Assembly: GCA_051362555.1 (NCBI GenBank)
Contig: CM120640.1
Coordinates: 60,552,788-60,616,787 of the forward strand
Length of the DNA stretch: 64,000 nucleotides
Reading direction: 5' to 3'
Source of the DNA: Lingula anatina
Taxonomy: Eukaryota > Animalia > Brachiopoda
The translations under genes and the position numbers were made by a program. Position 1 is the first letter of the stretch, and every line of letters starts with the position of its first letter. Below the pieces are notes generated by a model, which was not told where the DNA came from, ran no database searches, and saw nothing but the letters and a program-made list of their open reading frames with translations. Below, one piece after another: positions 25,501 to 41,494 of the stretch.

Positions 25501-26757
25501 GAACTTCAGAGCACCTCCCATTTCAAGAATTTTGACCAAAATGACCTTTTCTTTATTTTGATTAATTTTTTCTGTAGGAAATTTATGGCACATTATGGTA
25601 ACTCCAAAATTATAACATTTAGTCCCTTATATCTCCAAAACTGGCAGAGATAGGTCCATAGTTACTATTGAAGTTGAATAGGAAGTCATATACTGGCAAT
25701 CTTACTGTGATCTTGAAATTGACCTTTGACCTACTTTTCACCATGAACTGAACTTTGCAAATTTTGCTTCCCTTTTATCTCCAAAACTGGCAGAGATAGG
25801 TCCATAGTTACTATTGAACTTGAATATGAAGTCATATACTGACAATCTAAATGTGACCTTGAAATTGACCTTTGACCTACTTTTCACCATGAACTGAACT
25901 TTGCAAATTTTGCTTCCCTTTTATCTCCAAAACTGGCAGAGATAGGTCCATAATTACTATTGAACTTGAATGGGAAGTCATATACTGGCAATCTTACTGT
26001 GACCTTGAAATTGACCTTTGACCTACTTTTCATCACATGAACTTTGCAAATTTTGCTTCCCTTTTATCTCCAAAACTGGCAGAGATAGGTCCATAGTTAC
26101 TATTGAGGTTGAATAGGAAGTCATATACTGGCAATCTTACTGTGACCTTGAAATTGACCTTTGACCTACTTTTCACCATGAACTGAACTTTGCAAATTTT
26201 GCTTCCCTTTTATCTCCAAATTTACGCTGTATCAAAAAGTACATATTGGTGGTGAAAGCAAAATGTGCAGTACGGTAATGGATAATTAATTTTGAACTCC
26301 AGAAAAATAAAACATAAGGCTTGGCAAAGCAGGCAACTTGTGGTCAAAAATGACATTATTTCATCAAATTAGAACATCTGGAACTTCAGAGCACCTCCCA
26401 TTTCAAGAATTTTGACCAAAATGACCTTTTCTTTATTTTAATTAATTTTTTCTGTAGGAAATTTATGGCACATTATGGTAACTGCAAAATTATAACATTT
26501 AGTCCCTTATATCTCCAAAACTGGCAGAGATAGGTCCATAGTTACTATTGAAGTTGAATAGAAAGTCATATACTGACCATTTTTAATTATATTTTTTTGT
26601 ATATTTTGAGAACTCCTGTTGATTGCATTTTATAGAGCTTGTCAAGCACAAGACTGGTGATGGTGTCCCTTTTTGGAGGGGGGGGGTCCATACGAATGCG
26701 CTTACTCCAGCTGGTGGTACAATATCCGGAGGCGGTATCGCCTCTCTGATCCTCTAG
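22561..26757 (+). mobile_element. Non-autonomous Helentron-associated element (HINE / DINE-1-like) with internal satellite
   Basis: 5' subTIR ATTGTACCACCAGC (22564-22577) with adjacent inverted copy GCTGGCGGTACA (22584-22595); (CCGGCTCCG)n microsatellite at ~22622-22680; core tandem repeats; 3' subTIR GCTGGTGGTACAAT (26710-26723); hairpin GAGGCG-gtat-CGCCTC (26729-26744); CTAG end; T-runs on both sides. No coding capacity. Confidence 0.85.
23290..26575 (+). repeat. 146-bp tandem satellite arranged as [~290-bp spacer][12 monomers][spacer][4 monomers][spacer][partial monomer]
   Basis: atctccaaaactggcagagataggtcc recurs at 23581, 23727, 23873 and onward (period 146) to ~25332, then again at 25631-26212 and 26511. 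The spacer gctgtatcaRaaagtacatattggtggtg... occurs at ~23296, 25346 and 26226. Confidence 0.97.
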
Positions 26758-27690
26758 TTTTGCATACTTTTGTACTCGTAGAATCCAATCCTTGACATAA
26801 AAATCTATACATTAAAATTCTATTTTTCTGCCATCTGTAAAGATGTCTTTCACTATTCATTTACTATTTATATTGTAATTATTTACCTTTTTCCAGGAAC
26901 ATAGCAATAAAATAATTTTTTTAGATTTAATGCTAGTTGGGTCTCCATTACAACTTGCATTGCATTACAACTTACATTCAGCAGTTGTAACTGCAATAGT
27001 ATGCTTGCAGATGGGATAAAAAGACTATTATAAGAATAAAACATCACAAACTGAATTCAAATATGAAGAAGTCATATCAAAAGCAAGTCATTTGCCTTTA
27101 ACAAGTGAATAAACTAAGGTAAGAAGTCTCCTTACTTTACTCTATCATCTTCATAGGGACATACTCCCCCCATGTTTCAAGCAAAACTCTACTTGGAACA
27201 AAAATTACATCACAATTGGAAGAGCAGTTCTCAATAACTCAATGAGCACTGTACTTCTTGTGCTTATAGGCATTTAAATGACAATCACTTCTTCATATAT
27301 CTGTGAATATCGACAATTCAGTTTAAATAACAAATTACCTTGATAAATTAACAACTTAATCTTAAGTTGATTGCACACTTATTGGCTTTATAACTGCTAC
27401 TGGCCAAACCAAGATATACAGAAGGATCATAACAGAGACCATGTCAAAGTGATCCTTAAATACTTTTGTATTTGTGCAAATCTTAAATGGACTGGGAAAA
27501 AATAGATATATCTGGAAAAAATGATCCCAATAAGTGCAGCAGCCATCAAAAGTTTTATCTCTGATATTTTTTATGTTGATTTTCTTTATTTATATCATTT
27601 TGGCAGTGCTAAAATATTTCTTGCAATTTCTAATGAACAAACAGATCAGTTTGCACTAATCAGTAATGCTCCTTTTTAATGCATGGATTA

Positions 27691-28667
27691 GGCCACACTT
27701 TTTTAATTTTATGGATGACATCCTGCGCGCGCACCGATTTTCGCCCGTTCTCCGAAAGAAAAAAAAAAAAATCCCCCCCCCCCAGCCCCCAACGAAGTCG
27801 GTTGGCGCAAACGTCATTAGTGAATTTGCCAGGAAATGAGCTTTCTGCGCATGCGTATTATCGCCACGTGGAAATGTGGCCGCTTTGCCGTCAAATTCAT
27901 CTCTAGGATAACTTTCAAATTACACGACAATTAAAGTCATAAAGAGAACGGGTGCCGTCGTTTTGGATTGGTATGCCATTGATATTGGGAATGGAGATAT
28001 CACCTTTTTACAATTGTGCGAAAGGCTGGCGGCCGCCAGCGATTATCGCCCAAAAAATTTCAGTGACATTCTGTACAAAGCAGCACATAGGCTACCAGGT
28101 TTTCTGTAGCGAAAAAAGGGTCGACAAGGGCGTCGAGGTATTTGGTGGGCTGAAGGTCGGACAGGCCACCTGACAGTTTGGCCGTGTGAGTCGAAGTAGA
28201 CAAAATGGCATCGTCCGAAATGACCTTTAATAGATTTGGTAGTATTAAGCATATCTTTGCATCATTATTTTAAACATTTCTGTGAAGTGTTCAAAATGCT
28301 TTAATATTCTGAGAATACGAATAAAGACACACTGTTTGTTTGATATTTGTTTTATTGATTGCCATACCAACAAAATGCATGAAATAACCTTAATAGATTT
28401 TGTAATAAAAAGTATATCTATCCATGACTTTTTTTACATTTCTACGAAGTATTCACAATGCTTTAATATTTTGAGAGCATGGATAAAGACATATTGTTAG
28501 TTTGATACGTGTTTCTGTGGTAAAAGTTGTGTTTCCAGCTGTGTACTGACAGCATTCCTTTACTTAAGCAGTATTTTTTTTTTGACCGTTTTTTTTTTTT
28601 TTCGCCCTCTCGCACCGATTTTGGGGTACCCAGAGGATGTCATCCATAAAAATAAAAAAGTGTGGCC
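27691..28667. mobile_element. PIF/Harbinger (Tourist-like) MITE, 977 bp
   Basis: 34-bp TIRs GGCCACACTTTTTTAWTTTTATGGATGACATCCT with one mismatch. TTA direct repeats at 27688-27690 and 28668-28670. CpG-rich interior and no transposase ORF. Confidence 0.88.
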
Positions 28668-29486
28668 TTAGATAAAAAAAATACTTATTAACTTTTACTG
28701 CTGCAATCTAGAAGTGGGTACAAAAAGTATGACTTGTACAAAGCAAGGCAACTGCAGAAGCATGTTTAGTTGACCTCTAACAAAGACACGAATCACAATA
28801 GTATACAAATGTACATATCCAGTGTAGGTAAGTGTTTCAAGTGCACCTTGAATTTAACAAAATCTGTTAGACAGGCAAGCCTTGAATAAAAATTGGCATA
28901 GGTCTGTACGCACACTCAGACGAAAGTGGTGGAAGGCATTAAAACAATCTTTTATTGCTCAATGACTATACACCATAAAATTGTTTCTAGACATAGCACC
29001 ATATTGTAATTAAATGGAAGAAGTTTTGTACACGACCGCAAAATAAGCCAAAAAAATTTTACGACATACAATGTCAACCTCCTGTACTCAATTATACCAT
29101 TAGTGAGACAACTGTCAAGCAAATGCCCTCTTTTACATGCAACTTTTTCAGCAATGTGTTGGCTGGGGTTGCCAACTCTACACATGACATACCCAACATG
29201 CATTTGAAAGTGGACTCCCTATGCTTTCAGTTGCAAGTCTACTCTTAAAACACAGCAAACAATGAATTTTTCCATTTTGGCACTCCTGGTAAAATGTCAG
29301 ATCAATTCTTCAAACAAGAGTGACTGGGTCAACCATGTAAGATAAATTATCCCTTAGATGCCCCAAGTAAACTTAATTCTAGTTTAACCATCTTTCTATC
29401 CTACCTTTGTCATCTAAATAGGGACTGTGTCCACACAAATATATCTGTGAACATATTAAGCAGCTATCTCAACAGAGAGCGAGTCA

Positions 29487-34989
<5,503 letters not shown>

Positions 34990-36122
34990 TGTGTTGATCT
35001 ATCATCTGGAAATTATGGAATGAGATATATCATACATTGATTATTTCAAACTAGAGATTTTTAGTGTCGGTAAATGTTTAAATTATCTTCGAAAAGCAAG
35101 TTAGAGGAACTGTCGGCAGCAATTCTTCTTTTATATCTTGCAGTTTTCTACTTAATAGACAAGAAAAAATTCCAGAGCCCCCACATTGGAGAGGATACAC
35201 TAGCTGAACACCATTTTTCAGTTACCCATACCAATATTGTTCATGTTTTAGCACATACACTTGGTATGGTACATGTACATGAAAATAAACAAAAGAGCTA
35301 ATGCAAAATTTTCATAGTATCTAAGGAAATGTATTATTCTGTAAGCCTAAAAATAATTGGTACTTTTGCTGAAAGTAAACACGTATCTTAATTAAGAACA
35401 AATAAAATAAAACATCTGCGGGTGATACTGCAAAAGCGATGCAAGAGTGCCAAAATATCAATGTAATTTGCGCATGTGTTTGTATTTACAATGTGACTAT
35501 TAATTTTTTTCATTTGCTTTAGACATATCAAGAGTAGCTTACATTTTAAGATTAATGAGAAAATGAGAGACAACTGCGTTTAGACGTTCTACTGTATTAC
35601 AGGCAGTGGATTACGTTTTTAGACTGCCTGTCAGTGTTACTGGATTATTCGAAATTTGCTTAAAAAAGAGTCAAAATTGCTAGAAAAGGTTTTATTCTAT
35701 ATTCAAAATAAATGATAAACTCTAAAAAAGTAAAAATAGGAGGGCACTTACCAGAGCTACCAACATAAGCTCCCCTAACTGAAAAACACTGGGTCGTAAT
35801 ATTAGTGGTCACACTCAACATCAACATTCGTAGGTCAATAGGAAGTGGATATAACACAATAAAATAGAAAGTAATAGAAACAACTTTAGATCTATTCAAA
35901 TTGTATGAAACATTCTATCAAAAATAAATGTTTTCGTTGTTATCTAAGATTAAAATGTTTGATTATTTTCTTCATATTTTAAAATTATACATAATGATAA
36001 TTTTTGTTATATATGAATTAGTTTATCTACACTTGCGTTTCACCTGCCGAAACTTCCGGTCCATATGTAACCAGTGCACTGATATTTTGTACAGCTGATT
36101 TGGTGGGAAAGAAAAGTGAAGC

Positions 36123-37064
36123 ATGGACAAATCTCACGATGACAACATTCAGCTTATGCTTGAGCAACATCGAAGAGAGTGCTATGATGAAGAAAAGGCA
36201 ACAAGTATGATCGCCAAGAGAATTCTGTCGATTCTCAGTTTCAAAATGCAACTTGCTTACATGTACAGTACGGGGTCATGCCGATACTCCCCCGCACCGT
36301 TACTCCCCCGCACCGATACTCCCCCGCGTTGTTGTTTCCCTGCACCGTTACTCCCCCGCACCGATACTCCCCCGCATCATTACTCCCCCTATGCAATTTT
36401 GACGAAACTGAGGATCGAGTAACAGAGTCAACCCTCCATTTAATTATACAGGTTAGGGTCAGTCTAGGTAAGTGGATCAAAATCTACGACCCGTTTAAGT
36501 CCAAATTTTGCGGAGAATCTCATGTACCACGCAAGTCCTTTATGCGAAATTTCGAGTTCGCACGTATGTAAGCACGTACGGAGGATATTGAACATTTCCA
36601 ATAGATTCTACGAATAATCTGCGAACAGCGAGGCCGCAAGCCTAATTTGCTCCCTTTCTAAGGAGTTTGCGATTGGTTTGCAAGTGAGACTTGCTTGGTC
36701 CAAGATGCACGCCGCAAGAAATGAAGGAGAAAGAGCCCTTTGCGTGTTGAGTACGTCGCACGCCCTCACATCTATAACGAACAAAGTCGAAAACACGACG
36801 GGACTGCGAGTATTGTGCAACAATTTTCAAAATTTTTGAATTTTGCTCAATTCAGATTCTGATCTAATTCAGATTCAAAAGACAACGGAAAGAAGCTTAA
36901 AGAGCAGAAAAGAAGGTTGGAGGAAAAAGACAGAAAACGAAGCGCTTTAGCACTTCTTTTTTATTACTTAATAATTTTACGAATTCATCGTTGCCTGAAA
37001 AAAAAAGACATAGCTGCATTATCTTAGATTAAAACTAACTTTGCCTTAAGTTAATAAAAAAATT

Positions 37065-37096
<32 letters not shown>

Positions 37097-38813
37097 AAGG
37101 CCGTACAATATATATAGGCCTACAGTAACTACTGAGTACAGTAGGAGAAAGAAATTAATTTTGCAAAAACATTTCTCAAAAATCACAAGGAAGAGCTGTA
37201 GACCTACGTACTGTCAAGCTGCACACTAAGTCTGAGATTGACTTCGTGTAACGTTCTTTATTTTTCCCAATATATTTTGAATAAAATTAGTCAATTCTGG
37301 GTCCCAAGAGGGTGGTGCATCTTGAAAAAAAAAAGCATTATAGAAAGTGTTGTAAATTACGAATGGGGTTTACAAAGCCAAGGGAATCTATGCCTTGGGG
37401 GAGTAGTGTTTTTGCGGAGTATCGGTACGCGGGAGTATCAGTGCGGGGGAGTATCGGTGCGGGGATGTAAAGAAGCGGGGGAGTATCGGTGCGAGGGAGT
37501 ATCAGTGCGTGGGTGTGTCGGTGCGGGGATGTAAAGAAGCGGGGGAGTATCGGTGCGGGGGAGTATCGGTGTGGGGATGTAAAGAAGTGGGGGAGTATCT
37601 GTGCGGGGGAGTATAGGTACGTAACCTACAGTACATGTACAATACAAACGCCCTTACAAATTCAAATATTACAATTTTATCATAGTGTTTTTTTAGATCT
37701 CGTCACTTTTCGAAAAGGCGCTTTAATTAGATCTCTTAAAAGGTGTTTGCCATGGGGACAATGTGACAATTAACAAAGTCCGTCAACGCGTTCCCCAATT
37801 AAAAGGACATTTACAGTTGTAAAACCAACAATACTGTCCTTGCAGTTTCTTCTCAGTGGTACAATCCAAATATATATCACATGTGTAAAATGTCATTGTT
37901 TAAATTTCAGGTTGTAGAAAACTTGGGGAGTTGCTGAAGCTTATGAAAAACTTTAAAGCAGCCAAAGAGGTGTTCAGTGAAAATTGTGAAAACTTCAAAG
38001 AAGGACTCAGTTGTCAAAATGCTGCAGAAATAGCCAGTCTGAATGGTAAATTAAAATATGATGATTAATTGTTGTGAATCTAATTTGCAGTAGCCATTAT
38101 TAAGGTTAAGAATTGGGTAGGACAAACAATGTGAGAAGTGTTCCCAATTCTGTGTATTCAGCCTTTTCAGGTATAATTAGTTTTTTTGGGTATCATTAAA
38201 TTATGAATAACATGATTAACATAATGTTAGACCTATAAATTTCAATAACTTTTATGCTGACAGACCTATGTGACAGTGATTGATAAAAAAAAAGTCTTGA
38301 AGAATATTTGATATTAGCTTTGAATAATTTCAGATGCCCTGTGTTCAATAACCTACTAGTATATTACTTTCAGAACATAATGAAGAGAATGCCCTGAAGT
38401 ACTTTAGCCTTGGCTGCCAATATGGATTTCTCCCTTCGTGTCACAATGAAGGTTTAATGAATCTAAGAAGTGAAAACAAAAATGAGAAGAAAGCACTGAG
38501 TTGCTTGCATAAAGCTTGTAATGGGAACTTTCCAGAGAGTTGTCACCTTATAGGAACACTTTATCTTAATCCAAAGATTGTTCCAGGTGCCACAAACTTG
38601 CCACCGAGAGATGTATCTCAGGGTGTCATTTTTCTTACAAAAGCCTGTGATCAGGGAGGTGCCAGAGCCTGTAAAACACTAATAAACATGTATGAGAAAG
38701 GGGACATAGTAGGGAAAAGTGCCTCCATGGTTGAATTGTTTAAAGCTAAGTTGAAGCAGAATTTGGAGAAAAAATTAAAAATGCGCCCAGATGGCATTTC
38801 TGCTCCCTCTTGA
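36123..38813 (+). CDS. COA7: COA7/SELRC1-like cysteine-rich Sel1-repeat protein; exons 36123-36204, 37911-38045, 38374-38813 (~218 aa)
   Basis: Spliced product MDKSHDD...ECYDEEKATS CRKLGELLKLMKNFKAAKEVFSENCENFKEGLSC...ALKYFSLGCQYGFLPSCHNEG...KACNGNFPESCHLIGTLY...KACDQGGARAC...MYEKGD shows the C-x7/8-C Sel1 pattern of COA7. Phases are consistent. The sequence is divergent. Confidence 0.78.
36272..37626. mobile_element. Non-autonomous foldback-type DNA transposon (Mutator/Merlin-like), 1355 bp, in COA7 intron 1
   Basis: GG...CC termini. Perfect 8-bp TSD TACAGTAC at 36264-36271 and 37627-37634. Arms are built from ~17-bp subrepeats CCGATACTCCCCCGCA (left 36281-36390) and their inverse TGCGGGGGAGTATCGG (right ~37395-37615). 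Confidence 0.85.
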
Positions 38814-41494
38814 TTTTTCCCATTCTTTAGTTTTGATTGTGTATTGTTTATCTATGCATGTATCGACTAAATACAACCAAGTACAAGAGAAAAATGATTA
38901 ACTGGATATTTTGTTCAGTTTTTAAATACATAAATTGGATTTTGGTATAAAATGTGGAAAAAGTCCTGTTTGTGATTTTGTCAATTATTACCATAATGTT
39001 TTTAACAAAAAAAAAAAAAAGGTTAAGATGTCCAACTTAAGACCAGTTTTCATTACAACATAAATGGACCATTCCTGGAATTTTTATCATGAAATAAATT
39101 TGCTACCCTTACAACTGCCACATTATCATTTTCTATATATTCAAGGGCATGACCACAACACCAGTTACTAAGAAATTATTTTTAAAAATTTGATTACACA
39201 TCATACAAAGATACGATTATCGGTCTTGCTTTACAATATCCTTGAAGACGTAGTAGCCATATTCTGGGATGAATGACCTGATTCGAGTTTTCTTCACTGA
39301 CAGTTCATGGTATTATGGCTGGGGTAGAACTAACACTTGCCAGTTTAGCCAAATGCTAAAACTGACTTGAAATGGCTAAACAAAATAAGCATTAATTAGA
39401 CTTGTTTTAGTCAAATTTACACTATTTTGTGAAAAATGTAATTAAAAAGTAGTGATTTGGCTAAGAGAAAAAAAATTGCTAGTGCTACCCCAGTATGGAA
39501 GTATGGAAAATGTCATCAAAAATAATAACGCATTAAAAAATTTAAAAAGACGATTGGCGTACTATCAGCATGTAAAATTGGCCCTTTCTCCATGGCCGTC
39601 TGTTGTGCGTATTGGGAACCAAATGTTTAATCACTAGTCTGAAATGCAGTATTCCCCATTTTCCAAAATCACCCAAAAAATAAACTGTCAACTCTTCAGT
39701 AAGATTAAAGCAATGCTATTTGTCAACAATTTCAGGGTTATAAAATTTTTTTTAAACTTAATTTGAGTACTTGCTGATTTTTTATTTACACACACACTCA
39801 AAGTAAATGAACAATATATCTAATGATTGGAATAGAAAATTTTGATTTCCAAAAACATTGGGGAAAGGGTCTAAGACCCATGTTCACTTAAAATGGAAAC
39901 ATCTTTTAACTACACTTTAAAGCACTAAACAGCATTTAAAAGCTGTAAAAAGTCTGTTCATTGGCACCCCCCAAAAATGCCAACCTAAAGTTTCCAGTAG
40001 CATAACTGGAACGCCAAATGGTATTGTCTTGTATTTCAAATTCCCGTTCAAGATATTTGCTCAAATTTTTTCCGCTTTACCTCTATTCCATACATAACCC
40101 TACTGTTAGGTCATTTCCACCAACCCTCATCTTGTATATAAATTCTGTTGCACTTCTGGCATTTGTGCATCTAACATAACTACGTCATTTGGTAGGACTT
40201 ACAGAATGGAGGGGTTGAAAAATAGGCCAAGTTTATGACCAGACACTTGAAGGCGCAGTTTTTAGGATATTTTAACCTTTTATTATCATCCAGATACCGA
40301 AAATTAGTTTCTTCATGAATCTTTCATTCAATTATGCTTCTATCTTCGTGCTGATTTAAAACAATAAAAATCTCGAAAATGTAAAATATCAGCATTTATA
40401 ATCTTGTTACAATGTGTAATCATCGGCAACTCAAAGCTTTAATCCTCAATTTCACAACTTTCTATTTTGAGGTGAGACAGCAATCGGTATGGAGCGTAAC
40501 TTCATCCCTGAACAAGATTTTATCACAAAAATTGGCAGAGTTGACCACAAGTGGCTGCAATACCATGCCATCAATTTTTTTCTTTTTTTTTAATTTATGG
40601 GGTTATGAGTCTCTAATTACAGATTTTCCTCAAACAAAGGCATTACTTTGCTTTATCAATGATAAAATCTGGACAAAGGCTTTTAAAAAAAATAGTTTTG
40701 GGTTTTGAAGTGCTAAATAGTGTTAATAAATTTGTGTTGAAATGGTGATCGTAGGGGCTCAGGTAAAAAGAGGAATTTGAGAAACCGATTCTTCAGTTTT
40801 TACCCCAAAATCCCAATTGTGATGTCACCCGTAAGATGACGTGCAAATATTGATTTAGTCACTGAACACTGAAGATTTATCTATTACCCAAAAGAATGTA
40901 TGTAAGGCAGTAAATAAGGAGTTTTCAGTGAAGGGTGAGAATATCCTTATAGCAATTTTTGGTTTACCAAGTGGCAAACTCGATTTATCCTTAGGTATGG
41001 CAACTTAATTTTAGTAGTGTAAGAAACTTGAAGAATTAGTTAATATGCATTACAGGGAATCTATGTTTATTTCATAATAACTTTAAATACAACAGTTTGT
41101 GTCCTTTCCATTTGGTTAAAAAGTTCATTACCAGTCTAAGCAAGTTCTTCATTGAACATGGCCCTTAATAAAGTAATCTGCCAGGACTGATAAACATTGA
41201 AGACCAGTATTAAAAATAGAATTTACTGCTGCATGCTTGTAATATCTTCCATATAGCCATTTTAATAGAATTAACAAGTTCCATCAATAAATGTTCATAT
41301 ATACAACACATAATTTACATGAATAAGATTTTGTACAAGTCACACAAGAAAAAATTCAGTTTGGTACAACTATAACAAAAATTTAACTTTACACATTAGT
41401 TTTAATACTGTGATAGCATTAAGCAATAATATCTACAAAATCTATTGAGGCAAAACTGCAATTATTCAGATGATTCGTCTCAAAGTCTGTCTCT

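Noticed and set aside
23581-26575. CRISPR-like array
   Set aside because: Monomers are contiguous and near-identical, with no unique spacers and no cas genes, in a eukaryotic context. It is a satellite. The same applies to the 31-bp array at 60469-60862.
36278-37773. Pro-rich repetitive ORFs (PRTDTPP) and internal ORFs as a transposase
   Set aside because: They derive from the 17-bp subterminal repeats. No DDE or DNA-binding motif is recognisable.
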